From: Octopus sinensis
Lineage: Eukaryota
Length of the DNA stretch: 64,000 bases
Reading direction: 5' to 3'
Assembly (NCBI RefSeq): GCF_006345805.1
Contig: NC_043006.1
Span: 39,804,001 to 39,868,000, forward strand
Shown: one piece after another, positions 1 through 14,157 of the stretch
How positions within the stretch are numbered: position 1 is the stretch's first letter
Layout: the number at the start of each line of letters is the position of its first letter
Translations under genes and position numbers: made by a program
The notes under the pieces: generated by a model
Databases searched by the model: none
What the model was told of the DNA's origin: nothing
Seen by the model: only the letters and a program-made list of their open reading frames with translations

Positions 1-326
1 CCTTATATCTTCCTTCTATTTATTTAGAAATCTAAACCATTCGCCTAATTGACAAAAAACTTATATGACAGATATGTAAGATAAGTTCTGGCAACGTGGA
101 TATTTATGTTGTTCTGTGAGATAATTACTCAACACATCTTGAAAGAAAAGTCTTCACACTTTTTGCATTTAAAGAACAATGTAAAAGAATAGAAAAAAAA
201 AAGCAATATCTGTAGATTAAGAAATCAGTTTCTCTAGAGATGTTGCCATTTATTTCTACAAAGGTGACACTTTTCATATTTCGTTTTTCGGAGAATCCCT
301 TCGCAGACAATGAACAATATACATAC

Positions 327-365
<39 letters not shown>

Positions 366-617
366 ATTATTTAATTATTTAATATTTAATTCTTATGCTT
401 TCCTAAAAACTTGATTTCGAAACGTGCGTCCGTAGATAACTTAAAATTGTATGATAGATTGCCGTCAATTCATTCTCTCTTACCTGTTTGTGTCTGCCTT
501 CCAATTGCTGTTTTTACTGAGATCTCCCTTTTTAGTAGAAGAAATAGCTATAACTTTTGACTGCTATTTCTAAATTCGGTATGTGGTAAGGCAATTCGTT
601 GCTAACCCTTTATTGCT

Positions 618-660
<43 letters not shown>

Positions 661-830
661 TGTGATGTATATGTTTAAATAGTTGATATATTATATATAT
701 ATATATATACAGAGACATACATTACACATATATATACACCTACAGAGCATCACGTCAAGGGTGTAAGATATGAAACTATATATACATTCATATATATATG
801 TTTATATATGTGTATATATATGTGTATACT

Positions 831-1186
<356 letters not shown>

Positions 1187-1189
1187 TAC

Positions 1190-1740
1190 ATATATTGCTA
1201 AACCTTTCTGCCTGTTGCATTCAGGCCATAAGGTCTTGTTTCCTCGCGCTCGCCAGTTACCCTCTCGTCCATGCCAGAACAAAGGCTTTCGTTCGTCTTT
1301 TTCGTTGTTCTCTTGTTTATTTTTGATTTCTCATATTGTAATTTAATTGTCGTTATGTATTTTCGTGTACATGTATCTTTAATTTTGTATTATTTTTTTC
1401 TTGTATGTATTTTTTGTGCAGTTCTTTGTTACGTCCCTTTTTGTGTTACATTTTTCCTGCTCGTTTACCCCTCTACGAGTTTATTTTATTTTAATTCTCT
1501 CGTAAGAAGGCCTAGCTTGCCTGTCTTGCCTTCGAAACACGTGTCTGCTAGCGACAGCTGATGAAGGGGATTTTTCCTTGTGTAGCATGTCCTGTACTTC
1601 GTTTTTCTGCTACACATAATTGTTTTTCCCGTTTTCGTTTTCGTTTCGTCTTGTTCCACGTCTCTGTCCTTCTGTTGTAAAAAAATGTCTTCTCCGTTTT
1701 CGTTCTGTTGATTTTTTCGTCTTCTTGTGATGTCCTGTAC
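1190..1740 (+). mobile_element. Pyrimidine-rich dispersed repeat, possibly a Penelope-like pseudo-LTR remnant
   Basis: Flanked by AT microsatellites. Contains GAAACACGTGTC (1534-1545) and CTGATGA (1558-1564), which are hammerhead core-like words. Confidence 0.35.
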
Positions 1741-2417
1741 GTATATATATATTTATATATGCATGTATATATATACATTTAGATGTCGGTACGTACATAT
1801 ATGTTTGTATGTAGGCATATATTTTATTTATTACACTATATATATATATATATACTTATTTATATATATATATACTTATATATATATATATATATACTTA
1901 TTTATATATATATAATAATTTATATATATATAATAATTGAAACCAAATTTCAAATAACTATTTTTCGTATCTGCAACAGACAAAATTAAAAAACGTTCGA
2001 CTCAGTATATGTGTGTTCAAATATTTTATATAACATTGTATTTTTTTCCTTATCTATATTTTGAAGTTATTTCTGTTGAAATAAGTTAAAGCGTGTGACC
2101 TTTCTGATTCCCAAAGAAGGTCAAATGTACGTCCACGAATGGATGGGGCTTCAGTCCTTAAAACTACTGAATAGCTATATTTCGATATATACAGTCCCTA
2201 AATATTTCAAACGAAGTTAAAATCAGCTCCACTTAACTAAATTCTGATAGGAAGGCAAAGTTCACAGACCAAGGCCGTAGTACTGTAAATCATATTATGT
2301 TTATAAACCATCGAACTAAGCTAGTAAACTCACAGGTCTAAACTATCACCTTACCAACCGTTTGGTGGCCGAAATAGGTTCTATAAGTCTAGATAACATG
2401 GAAGGGCTGCAGTTTCT

Positions 2418-2652
2418 TATTTCTTTATTGCCCACAAGGGGCTAAACATGGAGGGGACAAACAAGGACAGACAAAGGGATCAAGTCGATTACATGGACCC
2501 CAGTTCGTAACTGGTACTTAATTTATCGACCCCGAAATGATGAATGGCAAAGTCGACCTCGGCGGAATTTGAACTCAGAACGTAACGGCAGACGAAATAC
2601 TGCTAAGAATTTCGCCCGGCATGCTAACGTTTATGCCAGCTCCCCTTTAAGA
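2418..2652 (-). mobile_element. tRNA-derived SINE family 1 (young subtype) with 12-bp TSD
   Basis: Matches copies at 9069, 27558-27975 and 44386. A-box TGGCA(T/G)AA and B-box GAGTTCAAATTCC on the minus strand. TSD GCTGCAGTTTCT at 2406-2417 and 2653-2664. Confidence 0.9.
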
Positions 2653-3039
2653 GCTGCAGTTTCTGAATCTCTGCAGCACTCTTTCAACATTGATAAGCGA
2701 AAAAATAGAATCTAGACAACCAGAAACGGCCAATGCCTGAATGAAATAATGTTACCTTTGATGAATAATCATTCATTTTCTTCCCCACTTCGGGAAGTTT
2801 TTATTTCTAAAGACAACTCAAAAACACCTTCAACCCAAACAGTTTGGCCTCTGCCTTGAAGCATAGAAATGGTTCTGTGACGATTTGGAAACCATATCAG
2901 GGTATTCTCTTGTATTTGAAACACTGTGGATTTATACTTATTATTATTAGTTGGTGAGAGAGAGCAGCGCATGCCATCAAAATGATGCTGGTGTATAAAT
3001 ATATGAAGCTCAATATACCTATCATGTCTGCCCGTCTGA

Positions 3040-4167
3040 TAGCGAAGAAGGGGCTATAATAATAGTCACAGAAACTGCTCCTCTGTGATGATATGTCTTT
3101 ACAACCTCCTATATAGGAAAACGCTTAAGTAACGTGACATGAAACAATGTATGATCCTGCAGAAATAAAAGTAAATTATTTTTAAATGATCTTGGAAGAG
3201 GACGAGGAGATTTTAAATATGAAATTTATTCTCGTGGGTCAAATTAAATGTTGATATTCTCTCCTGAAAATTTACAAAAAATACCCGGACTCATTCATCT
3301 GTAGATTGATGACCCCGTAAGAGTGGTGATAGAATGCAGGAGGGCCAGATGTGTGGGAGCAGGGAACATCAAAAGGTGTTCCTTCTCTATGTAAATACAA
3401 CTAAAACCCCATTATTGTCTACTCTATAACCACGACATCAACAAATCAAACACCAGCATCCAACACGAGCATCAGAAAAGTGCACACACACAGGCACACG
3501 CACACATACATTCACACGCACACACATACCAACCACTACTTTCTCTAGCTGAATCACCATCAAATAAAGAAGGAAATCCAGAAGGGCAAAACCAAAGGGC
3601 AAAAAGGACATAATTTGCCTACAAAAAACATCAAACGTAGACGAAACGCCTCGAATCATCCCAAGCTATCACACAGCAGCTCATGCACTGAAACAATACC
3701 TAGAAACCTATCATTACAACAACTCAACTTCCAACTTTACCCCCTGCAATAGCAGTAACAAGAACACCAAGAAAACACACAGGCCAACTACTAGACAACC
3801 AATAAAAGAAACAACAGCAAACACAAGAAAACACTGAATTTCTTTTTGTTGTTGTCGACTTCGCCAGGATAAGCAAAATATGGAATAGACGGACCAAACC
3901 ATTACAAAAACGAAAAAACAACAGAAGAGGTATTTGAAAAGTTCATCCCGCAAACATCTAAAATGGGTGTGATAATAAATAAGTCACATTTACCACACTG
4001 TTTTGAACAATTTCTCAGAAATCGTCGGGAGTTTAGTAAATTGCTGAAAAAATTTTATTACAAAGACCCTTCAAGGGACATCCATCTCAGAAGAACACAG
4101 AACATCTGTCACTCAAAATGAGTTAAGTAATCTCTCCATCTATCCCCCACCCCCGCCAACATTAAAC
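3040..4167 (+). pseudogene. Decayed ORF1 of an L1/Tx1-like non-LTR retrotransposon
   Basis: Broken translation ...YIGKR..., MLIFSPENLQKIPGLIHL*IDDPVRVVIECRRARC..GNIKR resembles the L1/Tx1 ORF1 region leading into a degenerate CCHC knuckle. Lies directly upstream of an APE-like ORF2. Confidence 0.45.
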
Positions 4168-5760
4168 ATGATGTCAGTCACTCAGTTGAATGTACTATGT
4201 GCATTTCCTGGCTTCAGCTTGGAAGCAAGGTCACTTACTCAATGATATCAGTTCGCGGTGTAGCTGCAGTAGCCATTACTGAAACCAGAATTTCTGGGAC
4301 GCACGCATTCAGCTCCATTTTTGACATGAACAAGGTGTCCTTATCGTGTGGTGTGTCGGGATCGGACAGTGGTGTAGCAGGGCTTTTAAGGGTGGCACTA
4401 AATGAAGATGACAGGAAAAGCAGTGCCTTCAGACTAACGACCGACTATGCACCCACTAGGGTAGAATAGCCAGGTTGCTTTCGAAGTCTCTTTTTACTTG
4501 TTTCAGTCATTTGACTGCGGCCATGGTGGAACACCGCCTTTAGTCGAGCAAATCGACCCCAGGACTTATTCTTTGTAAGCCTAGTACTTATTCTATCAGT
4601 CTCTTTTGCCGAACCGCTAGAATACGGGGGCGCAAACACACCAGCATCGGTTGTCAAGCAGTGTTGGGGGGACAAGCACAGACACACAAACACACACATA
4701 TACATATATATATATACATACATAAGACGGGCTTCTTTCAGTTTCCACCTACCAAGTCCACTCACAAGGCTTTGGTTGGCATGAGGCTATAGTAGAAGGT
4801 ACTTGCCCAAGGTGCCACGCAATGGGATTTAACCCGGAACCATGTGGTTGGTAAGCAAGCTACTTACCACACAGTCACTCCTGTGCGTACAACTTTTCTA
4901 AGAACATTCTGCTGTTTAGTACGAGTAGGCGATTGAAATGGTATAGGACACACGATGGGTTTGTGTTGGACTAAGCCAGTGGAAGGAATGCAAAAGCTTT
5001 GAAATCATGCTCCAATTGGATTTCCTGAATGTGCTAATGGAGACTTCCAGTCACTTCGGTGAGTCTTCCAGATTGTACCTAGAAAGAATGTTCTTTACAC
5101 TAGCTGACAGAGATACTTTAGCGTGTCCACAATTTAAACCGCACGGCTACGGAGGTCACGAATTTGTGATCTGCACAGTCGCCTTAAATATAACTCATAA
5201 ACAGAAGTCCAGATACTAGAAGTCAAATGTGACTTCCCAAACGAGAAAATATTACAGAGACCGGAATAGCGAGGTAGTGAAGCGGCATTTGACACGGGCA
5301 GTAAACGACAAGTAGTGGGGAACCTGAAGGGGCCAAATAAATATTAGCCAATAGTATTTACTAAAAAGTTAGTGATAGAGAGAAATAGATAATTGGAGGA
5401 GCTAGTAAGCAGAATAGAAGAGGCAACTGGAAACGGCGCCGCATCAGAGGTGCAAATTGCCATCGTTCATTTCTTCGATGGGAAACATGGAGGCTACGTT
5501 GTCAGAGCTAGAGCTCGAGAAAAACCCAAACACATTCAATGGGTCTGAGTGATGGGGGGAGGGGTGCAACATGATAACAGAGCCACTATTCAGTTCTTTG
5601 ATAGATTAGGATGGGCGTGTACGGCGCGGATCCAAGCAAATGCGTGCGGCTTTCCAGCAGCACTTTGCTCCACTCTTCAGAGAAAGCTATCGGTCACAGA
5701 GAATTTTGGGCCTCAGTGACTACCTCGATGGCCTGCAGCGACTCTCGGAGAAGTGGCAAG
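4168..5760 (+). pseudogene. Decayed ORF2 (APE endonuclease plus linker) of an L1/Tx1-like LINE, interrupted by a SINE
   Basis: ATG at 4168. Motifs QLNV, AITETRI, GVAGLL and RLTTDYAP before the SINE; LVRVGD*NG, SRLYLERM, CPQF..GYGGHEFV, Y*KSN, VVRARAR and FQQHFAPLF after it. The order matches the L1/Tx1 APE domain and post-EN linker. Confidence 0.75.
4487..4887 (-). mobile_element. tRNA-derived SINE family 2 (CORE-like, central microsatellite)
   Basis: Minus strand: head CGCACAGGAGTGACTGTGTGGTAAGTAG, CORE-like GCACCTTGGGCAAGT, tail GGCGGTGTTCCACCATGGCCGCAGTCAAATGACTGAAACAAGTAAAA. Confidence 0.9.
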
Positions 5761-5821
5761 ACACACAGTGTGTGTGTGTGTGTATGTGTGTATATATATA
5801 TATATGCATATTTATCATGTA

Positions 5822-5863
<42 letters not shown>

Positions 5864-6338
5864 TATATATGTATGGATATATATATAAACATATATATGT
5901 GTGTGCGTGTGTATACGTGTATATATATATATAACATATATATTTAGATATAATTATAAATTCCTATACAACGAAGAAGGAAATAAGTGAAGTAACGATG
6001 ATCACTATTTGATTACATACATACATACATACATACATACACACATACATACATACATACATACATACATACAGCATACATACATACATACATACATACA
6101 TACATACATGGACAAAAACGAACGCCATCAATACGTCGATAGAATCAGTTTCCATACTGAAACAGAAGATAACCAGGTTGCCTTTCCTCCTTGGAGATTA
6201 GGAGTTAATCAATTTATTTAAAACTTGAATATGCAAGATAAATAGTTAACTGATGGTAGCAGACTCTCGCGTTTCTCTCGGTCTCTTCCACCGTGTCTCT
6301 CTCTCGCTCTCTCCCTATCTTTCTCTGTCTTTCTCTTT

Positions 6339-6385
<47 letters not shown>

Positions 6386-6919
6386 GTCTTTGTATATATA
6401 AATATGTGCATGTATGTGTTGTATGTGTGTATGTGTGTGTGTGCGTATGTGTCCTGTGTGCGTTTGTGTGCGTATAAAAGCCATACATACGCATACGTAT
6501 CTACACGCAATAATACACATAATTATACATGTTAAAGAGCATATATAGACGCAATTACATCTATAATTATATGTAAATATATGTATGAATATGAGTGAAC
6601 GTGTGTGCGTGTTTAGACGCACATACACACCACACACAACAATATATATATATATAATATATATATATATGCATTTGTTATGATACATATGTATCTATAA
6701 TTGTATATTTATATATGTGCATATGTATGTATATAAATATGTATATATGTGTGTTATGTATATATGTATATATATATGCGTGTGTGCACGTATATATATA
6801 TATATGCATAAATATGTGTATATTTTATACACACACACATATATGTAAATTTATACATATATATCTATAATGTATATTTATATATGTGCATATGTATGTA
6901 TATAAATATGTATATATGT

Positions 6920-6953
<34 letters not shown>

Positions 6954-7366
6954 CATATGCATAAATGTGTGTATATTTTATACAAGCACACACACACACA
7001 CACACAGCTATTAAATTTATTTCGGTATCATTAGCGATGAAATATGTCTATGCATAATATGGTCCTGTGAGTGTGTGTGTGTGTATGAGTTTGTATGTGT
7101 TTACGTGTGTGTCTCCGCTGTGAGGTTTTCTATTGGTATATCTATGTTTATGCATTTAAAGAATTTCCATAGAATTCATGAAAAGGCATATCTGTACGTT
7201 TCAATTCAGATTTAGTTCTGAATATTACGGATATGTGTTTATATATTGTCGTCTTTTAGTTCCTGCTGATCGCATATTTGTAGAAAATTCTTTATTGATG
7301 TACGATACAGAATATTAAAATATGTTACATTTTATAAGTATTGACTTTATTATTTAGCTATTTCAG

Positions 7367-7577
7367 ATGGAGGCGAGCGAATCGTTAGCGCGACGAGCAT
7401 AATGCTTAGCGGCATTTCTTCAGGTTTTACGTTCTGAGTTCAGATTCCACAGGTGTCGACCTTGTCTTTCATTATTTCGGAATCAGTAAAATAAGTACCA
7501 GGCAAGCTATAAAGCAGATGAAATCGATTAACCTCCTCCCATTAAGTATTTTGGCCTTGTTCCAAATGTAGGAACCA
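7367..7577 (+). mobile_element. SINE family 1, old diverged copy
   Basis: GAATCGTTAGC...ATGCTTAGCGGCATTTC...TTCTGAGTTCAGATTCC, homologous to 9069-9461. Confidence 0.75.
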
Positions 7578-7859
7578 TAATTTAGTTGTTAAGGATACAC
7601 ATGTGATTGCTTTATTGGTTTGTAGTCAAAATTCAACCGTAATCTGGTTGATGTATGTTCTAAGGCATTCCAGCCGTGACCATTCTGTCTTTTTAATGAT
7701 ATTTAAGCCGTCAATGTTTAATAATCTAATGTGCTATTTTCGTTTTAAGGGGTTTCCTTGTTATTTGAAGCACATACGCTTGCTATTTCTGACGGTTCAC
7801 CCTACTGCGTTGACATTCCGTCGTTTGCCTCTTGACCAGCACTGGATTAACCATTGAAC

Positions 7860-8261
7860 AAAAGAAGCACGTGCTTAGGGCATCAAGGGAGGGAGAGAGG
7901 CAACCACAGAAATTGTAAATGGTTTACGGCACAAAATAAATCGCTTTAAACTTGCTAAATAATATTCGGGATGCCTTTATCTCTACTAAGTATAGATGCA
8001 GATGTGTTACCTAAGATTAATTATGAGGATCTGATCAAAGGATTTGAAATTCAAAAAAGTAGGAGGAACTTTTCAGATATAAATAAAGTAGAAGTATAAA
8101 AAAATAAACATATTTTCCCTCTTACTGTTTTGTTTCAATATGAAAAATACAAATTTATTTTATGGTTTGTTATCGTGTATATTTTGAATTATATAGTCTT
8201 TTATGAGGGTACCAAAATCTTTTAAGTGCTTAGGGTCTCGATGGGTCTTAATCAGGCCCTG
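7860..8261 (+). mobile_element. hAT-like DNA transposon 3' remnant
   Basis: Translation MPLSLLSIDADVLPKINYEDLIKGFEIQKSRR resembles the hAT C-terminal dimerisation region. Ends GTGCTTAGGG...AATCAGGCCCTG (reverse complement CAGGGCC-type terminus). Confidence 0.5.
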
Positions 8262-9068
8262 CTCTTGGCACAGCTTTTCGTTTATCAAGGAGTGGAAGAA
8301 ATCTATAGATATTATTTTAGCTTTGGTAATGCAAAGAGGAAAAGCGAACTCAAAGCATTAGTAAATATTTCGATTATATATTTGATTTGCAAAACTCATG
8401 ACGTGAACTTGTGTTGGAAAATGGCTTTTTGTATCTTGGAAGCAGACATGGACGAAAGAACTTTGACAAACCTATCTGACTGATTGATTAACCGAATGAT
8501 TAAATAAACCTATTAATTAAATTGTTAAATAATTAACTAACCGAGAAATAAACGAGAAAGTGAAGCGTGTTTATTATTGGCATAATGACCCTCCCAAGAT
8601 ACAACAAAATTAGTACATATGTATTTACTTTGTTTTTAATCAGGGTAACTCAAGGGCCAAGCGTTTCGTGTACTTGCACATATCAGACAGATTAGACAAT
8701 CATTTTTCATGTTTTTAAAATTAAAAACAATTATTTAAAAAGCCGTATGATCTTCATATTTTTAAAACCAATCCGTAATAAAAGATACCGGCTATGATTC
8801 TATACCCAGAATTCGTAATTTCAAGAGTTATTTCGTACTATCAACGACTACATGCTTCATATTATCCAGAGATACTACTTTGAGCTGTTTGGTCACAGTA
8901 TAAGCCTCAGCTGTTTCGCATTAAAACGTTTTCCTCACTCTATTACTTGTAAATATTCTTCAAACGAGGATTACTTGGCACGCCTGTATGTATCACAACG
9001 ATCCCACGTTCATATAACCCACCAAAAACATATAAACCACAGTTCTCTCTGAATACACTCGACTTGAA

Positions 9069-9461
9069 GTGGCGAGCTGGCAGAATCGTTAACACGCCGG
9101 GCGAAATGTTTAGTGGTATTTCGTCTGCCGCTACGTTCTGAGTTCAAATTCCACCGAGGTCGACTTTGCCTTTCATCCTTTCCGGGTCGATAAATTAAGT
9201 ACCAGTTACGCACTGGGGTCGATGTAATCGACTTAATCCGTTGTCTGTCCTTGTTTGTCCCCTCTGTGTTTAGCCCCTTGTGGGTAGTAAAGAAATAGGT
9301 ATTACGTCTATCTTTACGCTATGAGTTATAATTCCACCGAGGTCGACTTTACTTTTATCCTTTCGGGGTCGATAAATTAAGTACCAGTTGTGTACTGAAG
9401 TCGATCTAATCGACTGACCTCCTCCCCTAAAATTTCAGGCTTTATGCCAAGAGTAGAAAAG
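9069..9461 (+). mobile_element. SINE family 1 dimer (young body nested in older copy)
   Basis: Head 9069-9120, young body and tail to AAAGAAATA (9297), GGTATT repeated at 9115-9120 and 9298-9303, then an older body with a different tail (CCTCCCCTAAAATTTCAGGC...AGTAGAAAAG). Confidence 0.85.
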
Positions 9462-9992
9462 TCTATACTCGACTTGTTTCTATAGCATAACAAACAGTTT
9501 GCAGAGTTCAAGTTTATGCTTAAAATCTCAGATGAACAAGTATTGTAAAGTAGCTCTAATCTCACAGAAAAATAGTTCAGAAGTTATCTATATTTACATC
9601 TGTAGCTACTTTACTCTTATATAGAATATACAGCGTGGATGTTGTATATTCTAGCAATTTTCGTTAGTTTCTGCTAGAAAAAAGAATCGTTCCCAGGGCT
9701 TTTTGCACGCCCCCGGAGAATGATGAGATCGATGTCGCTACTTTTCGTTTAAACTGTTGCAATTTGACAACTGCAAGAAAAGTGTGTGCAGAGGCGGAAG
9801 GTAGTGCAGAATGATTATGCTCTGTGGTGGGAACTAGATGTGGTGGTTAGGGACTGATTATGAGTTTTGGGAAGAATAGAAATGACGGAAGGACGAGTTA
9901 CAAGAGTACTTGAGTGAATGAGGCATGAAAACAACCAGCTCTGGGAAAGAGAAACTACTGTGAAAGCTGCCAAAAAAGGCAGATAGAGAGAT

Positions 9993-10026
<34 letters not shown>

Positions 10027-11312
10027 AAGAGAGATGCAGGCAGACAGACAGAGAGTGAGAAATTGCAACAAAGAGAGGAATGGGGAGAGATGAAACAGCT
10101 TGTGTGCGAAAGATCGAAGTGCATTTGTCAATGACTGCGACAATCTAAATGCTGTCTCAAGCTCCTGTGATTGCTGCTGTAGCAAGATGCCTGATATAGG
10201 CTCTACTGTGAACCGCATTTGAGTTCCGCAAAAGGTTAACGGTTCTTACACTCTAGAGTGGGAGTATTTCCTCGCTCTGAAGAGAGTCTTTCCGATGCAA
10301 TCTCTATAGATGTGTAGTCACCAGAAGGGATTCTCAGGAATGGAAGCTACGCAGTTGAAGAGATGGCGCTGAATCTAGTTGTGGGCTCCTCATCTTGAAC
10401 GGGGATGAGATACGATAATATTTTCGTGATATAGATATCGAGTATCTGGATGGAAGGGTTAACGTTTTTAATGTTACTGTTGAAGAAAGAGAAGCCATGA
10501 TTCCATTGGAGGATGTTTTCGACATCTATGTTAATGGAATCTGTACAGTTACATTTCGATAAAATTTACATGCCGTTGGTTAGAAAGGAATAATGTGCGT
10601 GTGTGAGTGTGCGTGCGTGTATGTGTATGTGCGTTTATGTGTATGTGCGTTTATGTGTGTGTGTGTGTGATATTATCTGTAGAAGAAGAGGTACCGTTGG
10701 AGGGGGTGGCTTACGCTTTATGCTGAGTCACCTGACCATAATGTATAAGTCTGATGATTATGCAATTTTGGTAACTTAAAGCTAATAGCATATAATACAC
10801 CTATGCAGCATTTTTATCTTGTCTCAAAATCTACATTCAACAGAATACAACTTTCTCTCAAGAGATCTTTTTTTTTTTTTGTTGTTATCTTTTTGTGACT
10901 AATGATTTCCTAATATGTATATTTTTTCAGCTCAAAACAAGATACAAATAAAATACTGAAAAAAAGAGAATATTAACTAAGGAGATTTAAAATAACAGTA
11001 AATAATTTAGCGTATAGAAATCAATACTACTAACTTAAAACGCTAGCAGAATATTTTTTCTTCTATTTTTAACTAGTTATTATTGAAGAGATAGTGTCGT
11101 TATAGTTTTTAGTCTAATAGATAGTTGCCGTTTTCGATGCCGTTGGTGTTTAACCCGAGGCCAAATCAGAACAAGTAGATTTATGATCAACGGTGCTTTA
11201 GCAGTGACTGTCTGGTCCAATGGTTTACAGCAGGGGTTCATGTGACACTTGGGGTTCCATATGGCACATGAGGGCCACTGTAAGAATTTTTTGTTAAAAT
11301 TTGTGAGCAATA

Positions 11313-11803
<491 letters not shown>

Positions 11804-11904
11804 AATTTCCTTATACGACTATAATACACAAAATACTTTAGTCATTTTTTTAATACGATTCCTAATACGATTCCTAATAATATCCAATTATAAAAAGTAG
11901 CTTC

Positions 11905-12275
11905 TATATTTTATTTCGTTTCAGTAATTTAACTGCGACCAAGCTGGGGCATTGCCTTGAAAGGTTTTAGTTGAACTAATCGACCCTAGATTAAACTTAT
12001 CTTTTAAAACTTCAAACTCATTCTATCAGTCTTGTGCCGAACCGCCATTTTACGGAGACATAAACACACCAACACCGGTTTTCAAGTGGTAGCTGCGACA
12101 AACACACACACATATATCTATTTAGACGACGGGCTTCTTTCAATTTCCGTTTACTAAAACCACTCACAAAGCTTTGGTCGGCCCGAGGCTATAAAAGAAG
12201 GCACTTGGCCAAGGTGCCATGTAGTGGGACTGAACCTGGAACAATGTAGTTGGGAAGCAAGCTACTTACCACACA
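11905..12275 (-). mobile_element. SINE family 2, diverged, inverted relative to the 11313 copy
   Basis: Reverse-complement match to 11313-11803 across head, body and tail. Confidence 0.85.
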
Positions 12276-12429
12276 CTGAATGGTTATGTGGGTTCCCCGA
12301 AATAAAACAGGAATCAATAGGATCCATTGGCCAAAAAACTGTTGAGAACAACTTTTCTTGTCTATTTGATATCGTAAACAACATTAACTAATGTATCTTT
12401 ATTTAAAATGGCAGATGTAGTCGATAATT

Positions 12430-12910
12430 AATGCACATCGAGTGATCTTGTAAAAGGTGTTTTGTTGACTGATGTTTCGTTGTTAGTTTTGGTCCCAACT
12501 TTGTCACGATTGTGCGAATCTTTGATAAAGAAAAATGTGTCAACTATGATCTCTTGGTTATTTTTATACATCACGTCTCCTGCCCAATTCAAGATCACAA
12601 CATATAAGTACACTGCGACATAATTTGTTTTTCCTCAACAGGCCCAGCCCTGTTTAACATTGTCCCAAAACTGATTAAAGAGGAAAAGGACCGCATCACC
12701 TTTAAACGGAGTCTGGACAGATTTCTTCAAGGAATACCAGATAAGCTACCCATACCTGGTTACAACTCACTCAACAAGAACTCACTACTTGAATAGACCA
12801 TAAACAAAGCTTGACTTTAAAAAGGATTTAGATAATCCTATCAGGTGGTGCTATTAAGTTAGACATGGCCTGGACCAATCTTTGGTCGAAACATATCCAA
12901 GTTTTTATAC
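12430..12910 (+). mobile_element. CR1/L2-like LINE 3' end
   Basis: SQHISTLRHN(fs)SSTGPALFNIVPKLIKEEKDRITFKRSLDRFLQGIPDKLPIPGYNSLNKNSLL matches the CR1-type ORF2 C-terminus. 3' UTR with CATGGCC-TG-GACC/GGTC stem-GAAAC. Confidence 0.75.
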
Positions 12911-14076
12911 ATCCATTTCAATACATCTAATTGGGATATTAGAGATTACTTCGTTGGTTCGTAGAAATACCCGAGGAAGATAAATACACTCGATTCAGTT
13001 TTAAATAGAAAGAAAAATATGCTTAGTAAGTTTTCTATATACACGATGGTGCATCTCTGGAGAAGACGTGTGATTTGAAAAACAATGTTAAGTGCAGGAA
13101 TCAGGTAGGAAAAGAAAATTCAAAAGAAAAACTAAGAGAAACTTTAACTTGCAGCCACCCGAGAAATTTTCTCTCAGCATAAGTCAGATGATCTTTGAGA
13201 TCTTAAAACCAACTATAAACGTCTTCACCTTATCTAGAAGGACTGATATTCCATTCTTTTCCTCGTCTTTATTGAAAGGGAGAATTAAATGCTTAGAGTA
13301 TAAATGTTGAGAATACAACAACAGAAAACACTGAAGTGCATTGCTTTAGTATTTAAAGAGACCGAGATTAATCCTTTTTGGAGCTTACATGTTTTTGTTT
13401 TCTGTGAATCGACATTTATATTGTGCAGTGGATGGAGGATTAATCAGTGTTATTCTGTAACGAGCGTAGGTACGGTTTCCCGGTTTCTCTGACTGGTCGG
13501 TCGCAGGATCATTCAGTTCTACCAGCTGAGTTTACTATTTCAAGGTGAAATGGAGTGTTTTGCTCAAGAACACATGAGAGCGCATGGCTTAGTGGTTCGG
13601 AGGTTTGGAGTCATAATCGTAAGATTGTAGTTTCGATTCTTGTACAGGGCAATGCGTGGTTTTTTTTTAGTTAAATTATATAGTAAATAACTAGTATTTC
13701 AGTTATAGAATAAGCTTAGGGACAACAAGAGATGTATAATCACAAGATAATCTCTGAGACATTACAAAGTTTAATATTTGTCTGGTGGTTTAGAATTTTT
13801 AAATTCAAACTAACTATAATCAAAGTAAACAATAAATGCACAATTGGTCTCTTTCAGGACACAAAATAATTACATAATAAATTGTGTATTTACCTTGCGA
13901 TCCAGTGAAATACGGAAGATGATACTAGCCAAGACAACTGAACATTGATAGGTAGGTATTCCATTTGTGATGGTAAGTATACACCCGTATGAAATGTAGT
14001 GTGATTTATTGTATGTAGGATCTCCAAAGTGCACCCCATGTAATGAGCGTTTTTGTTTTCTCTCGCCTAAAAATTC

Positions 14077-14157
<81 letters not shown>

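Noticed and set aside
8655-8695. Minus-strand CTGATAT-GTG/CAC stem-GAAAC hammerhead-like remnant
   Set aside because: The core is mutated, there is no NUH site and no pairable stem I. It is too decayed to call.
12620-12642. Splice-acceptor-like TTTGTTTTTCCTCAACAG before an open frame
   Set aside because: CR1-like protein similarity continues upstream through the site (HN.FSSTGP), so it is internal LINE sequence.
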